From Spirochaetia bacterium (GTDB taxonomy: Bacteria; Spirochaetota; Spirochaetia; DSM-2461), in contig OY764216.1 of NCBI GenBank assembly GCA_963668315.1, positions 1,856,001 through 1,920,000 on the forward strand: 64,000 nucleotides of DNA, read 5' to 3'. A program made the translations under genes and the position numbers. The notes beneath the pieces were generated by a model. That model was not told where the DNA came from. It made no database searches and saw nothing but the letters and a program-made list of their open reading frames with translations. Positions 49,803 through 58,284 of this stretch are shown here, one piece after another (position 1 is the first letter of the stretch; each line of letters starts with the position of its first letter).

Positions 49803-50590
49803 CAGCAGTAAAAGAAAAAACAAACGATCCTGCAGAGACCGCAAAGCAGGATGAATATATCATCGGTATCAAGGATCTGAACAAGTGGTACGATGAGTTT
49901 CATGTTCTCACCGATGTGAATCTCACCGTTGCCGCCGGAGAGAAAATCGTTATCTGCGGTCCCTCCGGTTCGGGGAAATCCACCCTGATACGCTGTATCA
50001 ACCGGCTGGAAAAACACCAAAAGGGAACCATCAATGTCATGGGCCACGAATTGACCGACGACACGAAGGATGTCTCACTGATCCGGCAGGAAGTGGGAAT
50101 GGTCTTCCAGAGTTTCAACCTTTTTCCCCATCTGACCATTCTTCAGAATCTGACCCTGGCTCCTATCTGGATCAGGAAAATGTCCCAGCGGGAAGCGGAG
50201 AAAATCGCCTGGAAATACCTCAAGAGGGTTAATATCGCCGAGCATGCCCTGAAGTTTCCCAGCCAGCTTTCCGGAGGTCAGCAGCAGAGGGCGGCCATTG
50301 CCAGAAGTCTCTGCATGCAGCCCAAGATCATGCTGTTCGACGAACCCACCAGCGCCCTCGACCCGGAAATGGTAAACGAGGTACTGGACGTTATGGTCAA
50401 GCTGGCCGAGGAGGGAATGACCATGCTCTGCGTTACCCATGAAATGGGCTTTGCCCGCCGCGTGGCCGATCATGTCATCTTCATGGACGAGGGGCGGATC
50501 GTGGAGAGGCAGGTTCCCGAGAAATTCTTCACCGAACCGGAGAACGAGAGAACCCGCCAGTTCCTCAAGCAGATTCACGCCATCTCCTAG
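49799..50590 (+). CDS. Amino acid ABC transporter ATP-binding protein (AapP-like)
   Basis: [36 protein letters not shown]. Confidence 0.95.
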   Translation: MTAVKEKTNDPAETAKQDEYIIGIKDLNKWYDEFHVLTDVNLTVAAGEKIVICGPSGSGKSTLIRCINRLEKHQKGTINVMGHELTDDTKDVSLIRQEVGMVFQSFNLFPHLTILQNLTLAPIWIRKMSQREAEKIAWKYLKRVNIAEHALKFPSQLSGGQQQRAAIARSLCMQPKIMLFDEPTSALDPEMVNEVLDVMVKLAEEGMTMLCVTHEMGFARRVADHVIFMDEGRIVERQVPEKFFTEPENERTRQFLKQIHAIS

Positions 50591-50605
50591 GGAAGGCTTT
50601 ACCCC

Positions 50606-51223
50606 GTGACGCTTGCATCCGCCGCCGGTTTTTCCCTGGCCATGACCGTTCTGGCCGCGTCTCCCGGCCCGGGGGTATTCGGTGTAATCAGCCGTTCCCT
50701 GTCATCGGGGGTAAAAAAGACCCTTTTCATGATCGCCGGTATCGTCACCGGCGATCTTGTCTACCTGATTTTTGCCATTTTCGGTCTGACCTACGCGGCT
50801 CAGAATATGGGACGCCTTTTTCAGGTAATTCGTATTCTGGGCGGTCTCTATCTGGTCTGGATAGGTCTCAGAACCTTTTTCGCTCCCCTTTCCGAAGGGG
50901 AGAACCGCGGAGGTTCGGACGGGACAAAAACCCTCTCCCTTTACTCAAGCGGACTCCTCATAACCCTGTCCAATCCCAAAGTCATTCTTTTTTACTGCGG
51001 TTTCCTTCCCGCCTTCGTCGATCTGGGAGAGCTGACGCTGAGGGAAGGGGGAATCATAGTCATGCTCGTCATGGTCATCTTGAGCACCGTTATGTTCGTT
51101 TATGCCAGACTGGCGGCCCTTCTTGGGAATGTCTTGCGTACGCCCGGGGGGCAGAGACACCTGAACAGAACCGCCGGGGGAGTAATGACCGCAGCGGGAA
51201 CCCTGATGATTATCAAAGGCTGA
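50606..51223 (+). CDS. LysE/RhtB family translocator
   Basis: SPGPG, GGLYLVWIG, LSNPK. Confidence 0.9.
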   Translation: MTLASAAGFSLAMTVLAASPGPGVFGVISRSLSSGVKKTLFMIAGIVTGDLVYLIFAIFGLTYAAQNMGRLFQVIRILGGLYLVWIGLRTFFAPLSEGENRGGSDGTKTLSLYSSGLLITLSNPKVILFYCGFLPAFVDLGELTLREGGIIVMLVMVILSTVMFVYARLAALLGNVLRTPGGQRHLNRTAGGVMTAAGTLMIIKG

Positions 51224-51291
51224 CGGGATAACATAAAAGTAAAAAAGATCTCCCTACATACGAAGATGTAAGATAGTACCTCGTTGAAGAC

Positions 51292-51394
51292 TGTTTTATA
51301 CATAACGGTATAAATGGCGTTATTCAATACACTGTATGTAAATAAATAGGATTTAATCGGGTGTGTATTAATGTTTTATACGTAATGGTATAAA
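51292..51394. repeat. Two 23-bp direct repeats 80 bp apart, each with the palindrome TTTATAC-N6-GTATAAA
   Basis: 51292-51314 TGTTTTATACATAACGGTATAAA and 51372-51394 TGTTTTATACGTAATGGTATAAA (21/23 identical). Confidence 0.8.
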
Positions 51395-51401
51395 AATTGC
51401 T
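51386..51401 (+). promoter_or_regulatory. sigma54 promoter of amtB-P-II
   Basis: TGGTATAAAAATTGCT (GG-N10-GC), 25 nt before the amtB start. Confidence 0.78.
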
Positions 51402-51426
51402 AGTAGAATAGCAGGAGGATTACTGA

Positions 51427-52674
51427 ATGAGTATTGATCAGCTGACCGTTGGTGTGGATACGGTCTGGGTTTTGCTGGCCGCCTTTCTTGTATTTTTTAT
51501 GCAGGCCGGCTTCGGAATGGTGGAGGCCGGTTTCATCAGAGCCAAGAACACCACGAATATATTAACGAAGAATTTTCTGGATTTCTGTATGGCATCCATC
51601 GGCTTTTTCTGTTTCGGATATGCCATCATGTTCGGTAAGGGCAACGGATTCATGGGCTTTACCGGATGGTTTATGGCAGGCGCCGAATCGGGCGCCCATG
51701 TCCCTGTGTACGCCTACTGGCTTTTCCAGGCCGCCTTCTGCGGCGCCGCGGCGACCATCGTGGCGGGCGGCATGGCGGAGAGAATGAATTTCAAGGCCTA
51801 CCTGGTCTACTCCTTCTTAATCTCCGCCTTTATCTATCCCATTGTCGGTCACTGGGGATGGGGCGGCGGCTGGCTGACCTCCCTGGGTTTCGCCGACTTC
51901 GCCGGTTCCGCCATAGTCCATACGACCGGCGGCGTGGCCGCTCTGGTGGGAACGATCATCCTCAAGCCCCGTACGGGAAAATACCGCCCCGACGGCTCGG
52001 TCCGTATGATTGCGGGACACAACATACCCCTTGCCTCCCTGGGCGTTTTCATTCTCTGGTTCGGCTGGTACGGGTTCAATGCCGGTTCCACCCTGAGCGT
52101 CGGAGACGGGGAGACTATCTCCCTTGTCGCCATGAATACCTCCCTTTCGGCAGCGGCCGGCGGCATCCTCGCCATGATCACCGTCTGGATCAAATCGGGT
52201 AAGCCTGACCTTTCCATGGCCCTGAACGGCGCCCTGGCCGGCCTGGTAGCCATCACCGCGCCCTGTGCCTACGTCAGCCCCGGCGCTTCCATCCTTATCG
52301 GCGCCATCGGCGGCATCCTGGTCGTCCTTGTCACCCTTTTACTGGATCAGATGAAGATTGACGATCCCGTAGGCGCCTTTCCCGTTCACGGGGTCAACGG
52401 CATCTGGGGTACCCTTTCCGTAGGCCTATTCGGTCAGAAAGCCCTGGGCCTCTCTTCCGACGGACTCCTGCTGGGCGGCGGAATTTCCGTTCTGAGCGTA
52501 CAGTTCCTCGGGGTTATCTCCATCGCCCTTTTTGTGGCTTTGACCATGGGAATCATTTTCAAATTACTGGACAAGACGCTGGGACTCCGGGTCTCCGTGG
52601 AAGAGGAATACCGCGGACTGGATATCCTGGAGCACGGACTGGAATCCTATTCGGGCTTCCAGATAATAGAGTAG
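51427..52674 (+). CDS. amtB: Ammonium transporter
   Basis: FFMQAGF, AER, DFAG..VH, WFGWYGFN, IDDP..VH (twin His). Confidence 0.96.
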   Translation: MSIDQLTVGVDTVWVLLAAFLVFFMQAGFGMVEAGFIRAKNTTNILTKNFLDFCMASIGFFCFGYAIMFGKGNGFMGFTGWFMAGAESGAHVPVYAYWLFQAAFCGAAATIVAGGMAERMNFKAYLVYSFLISAFIYPIVGHWGWGGGWLTSLGFADFAGSAIVHTTGGVAALVGTIILKPRTGKYRPDGSVRMIAGHNIPLASLGVFILWFGWYGFNAGSTLSVGDGETISLVAMNTSLSAAAGGILAMITVWIKSGKPDLSMALNGALAGLVAITAPCAYVSPGASILIGAIGGILVVLVTLLLDQMKIDDPVGAFPVHGVNGIWGTLSVGLFGQKALGLSSDGLLLGGGISVLSVQFLGVISIALFVALTMGIIFKLLDKTLGLRVSVEEEYRGLDILEHGLESYSGFQIIE

Positions 52675-52684
52675 GGGGTAAAGG

Positions 52685-53026
52685 GTGTTTTTAATTACAG
52701 CAATGATACAGCCGAATAAGTTTGAAGAGGTGAAAAAGGCTCTTTTCGCAGCGGAAATCCATAAAATGACCGTGTCATCCGTCAAAGGATGCGGCCAGCA
52801 GATGGGCTATGAAGAGAGCTTCAGAGGAGTGGCCCAGGAGGTCAATCTCCTGAATAAAATCCGTCTTGATATCGCCGTGACAGAGCCCTTCGTGGAAAAG
52901 ACCATAGACGCCATCGTCTCGGCCGCCCATACCGATTCCATCGGCGACGGGAAAATCTTCGTCACCGAATTGAAGGACTGCATACGCATCCGCACCGGCG
53001 AGCGGGGCAAGGATGCCATCGGCTGA
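52685..53026 (+). CDS. glnK: P-II nitrogen regulatory protein (GlnK-type by context)
   Basis: GCGQQ.G T-loop, [15 protein letters not shown]; directly after amtB. Confidence 0.88.
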   Translation: MFLITAMIQPNKFEEVKKALFAAEIHKMTVSSVKGCGQQMGYEESFRGVAQEVNLLNKIRLDIAVTEPFVEKTIDAIVSAAHTDSIGDGKIFVTELKDCIRIRTGERGKDAIG

Positions 53027-53029
53027 TTC

Positions 53030-53428
53030 CTAGGCGCTGGCGCTCAGGCTGCCTTCTATGTAATCCCTGAGTTTTTCGCACGTCTCCAGCATGGGGAGAA
53101 TATCCTCCCGTGTCACCGGATCGGGGCGGAAAATCTCCAGGGAGCAGAAGGACGCCTGAAACTTATCGAGCCCGGCGATCTCCTCTTTCAGGTCCGACGG
53201 GAGGGGGCGCAGTTCATCCAGGCTCTCCGCGATCTCATGAAAGGTATGCCCCTCGGGCAGAAGCGAATTTTTCATCAGAAATCCCATGCTGAACTTCTCA
53301 ATGGCCATGGCCGCCAGGTTGAAGAGGGCGTCCTCATTGAATTTCTCAGGGTTTCCGTAGCCGTCCCGGGCGCAGCGGTAAAACTCCTCTCCATGCTTCA
53401 GATACAGCTCCCATTCATCCAATCCCAT
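53030..53428 (-). CDS. HEPN-like helical protein
   Basis: NLAAMAIEK..MGFL....LP.GH pattern resembles the HEPN fold; AAGGAG RBS. Confidence 0.65.
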   Translation of the reverse strand: MGLDEWELYLKHGEEFYRCARDGYGNPEKFNEDALFNLAAMAIEKFSMGFLMKNSLLPEGHTFHEIAESLDELRPLPSDLKEEIAGLDKFQASFCSLEIFRPDPVTREDILPMLETCEKLRDYIEGSLSASA

Positions 53429-53606
53429 AGGTTTCTCCTTTTGTTCTTAACTCCGGCGGACGTTTCACTGCCGTCCGTTCCTCTATTTCCGGGGGGCTCG
53501 GGCTCACGCCCGCCGGGCTGTTCAGGGCTGCGGGCTCCCGCCCTCCGGCCCCTGACGGGTCTGCCTTCGGCACCCTTGCCATCCCTGCCCCGTACGCCGA
53601 TTAATA

Positions 53607-53622
53607 TGCAAAATCCGTACCA
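53607..53622 (-). promoter_or_regulatory. sigma54 promoter for the HEPN-like gene
   Basis: Minus strand TGGTACGGATTTTGCA (GG-N10-GC) in an AT-rich patch. Confidence 0.75.
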
Positions 53623-53764
53623 TTAATAAGGGAATCCGGTTCCGGAGGGCTCTCCCCGTGCCGTTCGCGGTCTCCCTTCCCTCACTTTCCCAGAGAAAAG
53701 GCCGGATTTTCAGGAAAGGGTGGCGTTTTTTTTTCCGCACCGTTTCATCTCCGTTTTCCTGGAC

Positions 53765-53797
53765 AAAAAAAAAGCCCCGGCGGAACACCACCGGAGC
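53765..53797 (-). terminator. Rho-independent terminator after the ABC solute-binding gene
   Basis: Minus strand GCTCCGGTGG-TGTT-CCGCCGGGGC plus T9. Confidence 0.85.
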
Positions 53798-53831
53798 GTA
53801 ATAAATCAGTATAAATATACTAAAAAGTAAG

Positions 53832-55157
53832 TTACGGAGCGCTCTCCACCATGATGTCGTTGGCTTCCTCTTCCATATCGGTCAGGGTCTTTTCTATATC
53901 CGCCCCGTCAAGAATGGCATTGAACCCGGCGTTAAGCATATCGCGGATCTCATCCCATCCGATGAAGGGAGGTTCGGAGTATCCGTCGGAGTTCAGAAGA
54001 ACATCGAAGGATTCGGCGTACTTGGGATTGGCCGCCAGATAGGAGCTGATGTCTTCCTTGACGGATTTTCTGACGGGATAGTAGTTGGTGGCCTGAACCC
54101 ATTCGCCCTGAGCCTTTCTGCCCGTGTAGTATTTGAGGAACAGCCAGGCGGCCACTTCCTTTTCCGGGGTGGACTGGCAGATGCTTACCGAAGGGCCGTA
54201 CAGGTTCAGAGTCGGTTTCTTCGTGCTGTGGGGGCCGGCGTAGAGTCCCCATTCGAAGGGGTTGTCGCTGCCGTTTACCGCTTTGTCATAGTAGGGAATT
54301 CCCGCGGAAGAGCTGGTGGCGAACATGACTTTTCCCACTCCGAAATCGGCCTGGTCACCGTATCTCTCGGCGATTTTCCGGCCGTAGCCGTCGTCGTAAA
54401 GTTTCTTCATGAAGGTCATGGCTTCCACCATTTCCGGCGTGTTCAGGGTGTATTCGCTCTGGTCCTTGTTCAGAACGGAACCGCCCCGGGATTTGACCAT
54501 GGCGAAGATATTGGAAGCATCCGTATTCAGGGCGTAGCCGTAGGCGCCGTCCTTGCTTTCGGTGGCGGCCTTGCAGACGTCGTAAAATTCTTCCCAGCTT
54601 TCCGGAGGAGCGTCAAAACCCAGTTCATTGAGCCAGGTCTTGTTATAGAAGGTCATCTGGACCGATCTGTTCGGAGGCAGTCCCAGCCTCTGCCCGCCGA
54701 ACTGGGCGTTCACGTCCTGGGCCAGGAAGTCCTGGATGTAGTCGTCATCGTCCGCGGACGTGAAGCCCCACTCCTTGCTGTTGACGAGGCCGTTCAGATC
54801 CACAAGGGCTCCGCTCAGCTGGAAACTGGCGGCGCTGTTCTGGTATCCCACCACCAGGTCGGGCATAGAGTTCCCCGCAATGGCCGTGGTCATCTTGTTG
54901 TAGATATCCGGATAGTAACCGGCGTATTCCCCGATTACGGTGATGCCCCATTCGTTGGTGCTGTTGAAGTCGGCAATAATCTTGTCCAGGGCTTCTCCGT
55001 GAAGCTTGGACGAGGCGTGCCAGAACACGACGGTCTGTCCCGAGGGATCGGCCGCATCATAGGCTTTGGCCGCTTCGGAGGCTTCGTTGCCCCCTCCGGC
55101 GAAAACCGCTCCTGCCAGAAGAGCGAATGCGGCGAAAAACAGAATGGCTTTTTTCAT
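53832..55157 (-). CDS. Carbohydrate/glycerophosphate-type ABC solute-binding protein (UgpB-like)
   Basis: Spirochaete-style signal VFAGG, VFWH, FN.T, YNK, PESWEE, AAWLFLKY. Confidence 0.88.
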   Translation of the reverse strand: MKKAILFFAAFALLAGAVFAGGGNEASEAAKAYDAADPSGQTVVFWHASSKLHGEALDKIIADFNSTNEWGITVIGEYAGYYPDIYNKMTTAIAGNSMPDLVVGYQNSAASFQLSGALVDLNGLVNSKEWGFTSADDDDYIQDFLAQDVNAQFGGQRLGLPPNRSVQMTFYNKTWLNELGFDAPPESWEEFYDVCKAATESKDGAYGYALNTDASNIFAMVKSRGGSVLNKDQSEYTLNTPEMVEAMTFMKKLYDDGYGRKIAERYGDQADFGVGKVMFATSSSAGIPYYDKAVNGSDNPFEWGLYAGPHSTKKPTLNLYGPSVSICQSTPEKEVAAWLFLKYYTGRKAQGEWVQATNYYPVRKSVKEDISSYLAANPKYAESFDVLLNSDGYSEPPFIGWDEIRDMLNAGFNAILDGADIEKTLTDMEEEANDIMVESAP

Positions 55158-55199
55158 TTCCTTTCCTCCATATTGTGTATTGGTTAATGGACCGACGGA

Positions 55200-56051
55200 T
55201 CAGCCCTTCATACCCGTATTGGTTATCGCCTCGGTTATCTGCTTCTGGGCGATGAGAAAGATGACCAGAATGGGAGCCAGGGCCACCATGGCCGATGCCA
55301 TGCGCAGCTGGGTCTCCGGTCCCGCTTCGGTCACGTACTTGGCCACAGCCACCGCGATGGGGCGCCACTTGTCCGACTGGGTGACCACCATGGGCCACTG
55401 CAGGGCGTTCCAGCTGCCGTTGAAGGCCAGGAAGAACACCGTAAAGAGGGGGGCTTTGAGAAGGGGGCCCATGATCCTTATGAGAATCGTCAGGTGGCTG
55501 GCCCCGTCGATCTTGGCGGCTTCCATGAGGGCGTCGGGAATCTGTTTGAAAAACTGTCTCAGAAAGAAAATGAAGAAGGCGCTCCCCATGAAAGGAATGG
55601 TCAGTGCCGGCAGTCTGTCAATCCAGCCGAAACGGGAAATGATCAGGAAATTGGGGATGAGCAGTACCGTTTCGGGAATCATCAGGGTCAGCAGAAGAAC
55701 GGTGAATATCCTGTCCCGTCCGGGAAACTTCATTTTGGAAAAACCGTAGGCCGCCAGGCTGGAGGTGACGATGATCCCCGAAACGGTGGTAATGGCAATA
55801 ACCACCGTATTGAAGAAGTAGTGGCCCATATTGTCGTCGCGGATGATGGTCACATAGTTGTCCCACTGCAGTTTCCTCGGCCAGAACTGGGGAGAGAAGG
55901 GATTGGAACTCACACGGGTTATCGTTTCCCCGTAGGTTTTGAGGGAGTTGGATATCATGTAGAGGAAGGGCATCAGGGCCACGAAGGCTCCCAGAATCAG
56001 GATAAGGAAGAAGAGGACTTCCGTGATTTTCTTTTTGGGCTTAGTCTCCAT
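55200..56051 (-). CDS. Carbohydrate ABC transporter permease
   Basis: AAYGFS, FLRQFF..IP..L.EAAKIDGA, WN...WP. Confidence 0.92.
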   Translation of the reverse strand: METKPKKKITEVLFFLILILGAFVALMPFLYMISNSLKTYGETITRVSSNPFSPQFWPRKLQWDNYVTIIRDDNMGHYFFNTVVIAITTVSGIIVTSSLAAYGFSKMKFPGRDRIFTVLLLTLMIPETVLLIPNFLIISRFGWIDRLPALTIPFMGSAFFIFFLRQFFKQIPDALMEAAKIDGASHLTILIRIMGPLLKAPLFTVFFLAFNGSWNALQWPMVVTQSDKWRPIAVAVAKYVTEAGPETQLRMASAMVALAPILVIFLIAQKQITEAITNTGMKG

Positions 56052-57231
56052 AGTGAACGTCCTTTGCCATCAGCCTCTGCTGGAGCAGGGTCAGGGCCAG
56101 AACGATGCCCAGAAGTATCAGCGCCATGGCGGAGGCGTAGCCGAACCGGGACTTTCTGAAGAAGGTGAAGAAAATCTGTATGCTCAGGGGGTCGGCAGCG
56201 CCCCGGGCGGCGGGGTGGCGCAGAACATAAATCTGATTAAAGGCCTTGAAGGTGCCGATGATTCCCAGCATGGTCAGGAAAAAGGTCGTGGGGGAGAGCA
56301 TGGGAATGGTGATGTTTTTCAGCGTTGTCCAGAAGCCCGCGCCGTCCACTTTGGCCGCGTCGTAGAGCTGATTGGGAATCTGGGAGAGCCCGTTGGAGAA
56401 GATCAGCCCGTAATATCCGGCGAAGATCCACCAGTTGAATATCATGATGGTGGTGAGGGCCAGGCTGGGGCCCTGCAGCCAGGACTGGAGATAGGAGTCC
56501 CCCGTGCCGATTCCGAACCAGAGGGTTAGAAGACCCTTGGGTTCCTGGAGCCACTGGAGAGGCTTCTGCCCCAGGGAGAGGAGCAGCTGGTTGGCGAAGG
56601 ATTCGGTCCTCAGGGAGAAGAGCCTCTCGAAGACGGTGGCGGCGGCCACCGAGGGGACCACATAGGGAAGGAGGTAGATCACCCGAAAGGCCTGGCGCCC
56701 CTTGAACTCCCGGTTGAGCATGATCGCCACGGTCAGCCCGAAGACGAGCTGGAAGGGAACGGTCCCCAGGCTGTACCAGATGGTCACCCGCAGGGAATCG
56801 AGCAGGTCTTCGTCACCCTGGGAATAAATCTGAGGAAGGAGCAGAAGGAATCCGGCCCAGCCCGCTGTCTGAACGATCCGCCCCGCGATATGAAGTCCCT
56901 TATAGGGGGAGTCGGGGGCTTCCTCCCTCAGGCGGTTCCGCTTATTTATCAGATAGAAGCCGGTTATGATGATTCCGATGGCCAGAGCTGTCAGAGCCAG
57001 GAGGAGGGGAGAGCCCAGCAGGCTGGTGTAATTCCCCAGTCCCAGGAAGCGGCCCCTTTTTATGCGCCATTTAAAAAGGCTTATGAAAAACGTGTAGAAC
57101 ACGGGAAAAATCCCGAAAAGAAGGATAAGAAGGCAGGCGGGAGCTATGAACAGATAACCGGAATAATCCCAGTCCAGCCTTTTTTCCCTATGGAGGTTCA
57201 GTTTCAATCTCTCTCTCTCCCGGAAAATCAA
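56041..57231 (-). CDS. Carbohydrate ABC transporter permease (with extra TM insertion)
   Basis: YLFIAP, FLGLGNY, IP.QLYDAAKVDGA, ITIPMLSPT, GYASA. Confidence 0.9.
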   Translation of the reverse strand: MIFRERERLKLNLHREKRLDWDYSGYLFIAPACLLILLFGIFPVFYTFFISLFKWRIKRGRFLGLGNYTSLLGSPLLLALTALAIGIIITGFYLINKRNRLREEAPDSPYKGLHIAGRIVQTAGWAGFLLLLPQIYSQGDEDLLDSLRVTIWYSLGTVPFQLVFGLTVAIMLNREFKGRQAFRVIYLLPYVVPSVAAATVFERLFSLRTESFANQLLLSLGQKPLQWLQEPKGLLTLWFGIGTGDSYLQSWLQGPSLALTTIMIFNWWIFAGYYGLIFSNGLSQIPNQLYDAAKVDGAGFWTTLKNITIPMLSPTTFFLTMLGIIGTFKAFNQIYVLRHPAARGAADPLSIQIFFTFFRKSRFGYASAMALILLGIVLALTLLQQRLMAKDVHYGD

Positions 57232-57327
57232 TCTATAGTCAGTATATTAAGCCTTTATAAGAATAATGTTAATAATCTTTTGGGGAAAAACATTTCTTGC
57301 ACGGGGAAAAAGTTTCCCTTAGACTTA

Positions 57328-58284
57328 ATGTATATGGAAGAGATAGTCCGGGAAAAATCTTTTGTTCTGACCGAACGCCTCCTGGCGGCCTGGGAAAAGG
57401 TTATCTGGGGTAAGCGCGGCCTGTTGGAAAACATTCTCACAGGGATTCTGGCCGGGGGGCATATCCTGCTGGAAGATGTCCCCGGATCGGGCAAAACCAC
57501 CATGGCGAAGGCCCTGGCCTCCCTCTTTCAGGGGGGAAAATTCAAACGGATCCAGTTCACCCCCGACCTTCTGCCCTATGATATCACCGGAGTGGAGGTC
57601 TGGGACAAGGAGAGGGAGTCCTTCCTCTTTCAGAAGGGCCCGGTATTTACGAATATCCTCCTGGCCGACGAAATAAACAGGACGACTCCCAAGGTGCAGT
57701 CCGCCCTGCTGGAAGTCATGGGCGAGAATCAGGTTACCGTGGGGAACAAGACCTATTCTCTGGAACTGCCCTTTATTGTCATGGCCACGGAGAATCCTAT
57801 CGAAATGGAGGGGACCTATCCTCTGCCCGCGGCCCAGCTGGACCGCTTTCTCATGAAGCTGAAACCGGGTTACCCCGACAGGGAGACGGAATACCGCATT
57901 GTCAGGGAGAATCCGTCGGAAACGGAACTGCCCCGCATGGAGGCGGTCGCCGATCTGGAAGACCTGCTCTATCTCAGAAAAGAGGCGGCTGCGGTTTATT
58001 GTGACGAGCGGCTTATCAAAGCCGCCGTGGATGCCGCATCCACCCTGAGGGAGAGACCGGACGTCTCTCTGGGCGTCTCCACCCGGGGAGCCATCATGCT
58101 TATCGCCGCCTGCCGGGGAAAAGCCCTCATCCGCGGCAGGGACTATGTGATAGATCAGGATATCAAGGAAATGGCTCCCCTCGTCTGGTCCCACCGGATC
58201 ATCATGAAAGGGGAGGGCGTTGAAGCCCGGGAAGTTCTGACCGAGGCGGTGAACCATGAATTGGCACGAATTCCCCGTTCATAA
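57328..58284 (+). CDS. MoxR family AAA+ ATPase
   Basis: GHILLEDVPGSGKT, RIQFTPDLLP, LADEINR, ATENP, EGTYPLP.AQLDRF; true start about 57328/57334. Confidence 0.95.
   Translation: MYMEEIVREKSFVLTERLLAAWEKVIWGKRGLLENILTGILAGGHILLEDVPGSGKTTMAKALASLFQGGKFKRIQFTPDLLPYDITGVEVWDKERESFLFQKGPVFTNILLADEINRTTPKVQSALLEVMGENQVTVGNKTYSLELPFIVMATENPIEMEGTYPLPAAQLDRFLMKLKPGYPDRETEYRIVRENPSETELPRMEAVADLEDLLYLRKEAAAVYCDERLIKAAVDAASTLRERPDVSLGVSTRGAIMLIAACRGKALIRGRDYVIDQDIKEMAPLVWSHRIIMKGEGVEAREVLTEAVNHELARIPRS

Noticed and set aside
53429..53600. Known riboswitch (cobalamin, c-di-GMP, glycine, guanidine) in the HEPN-like leader
   Set aside because: I could not find the hallmark conserved segments of these classes; kept only as an unassigned structured leader.
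56890..57327. Long N-terminal extension of MoxR in the ORF track
   Set aside because: It overlaps the divergent permease gene on the opposite strand; MoxR similarity begins near 57328.
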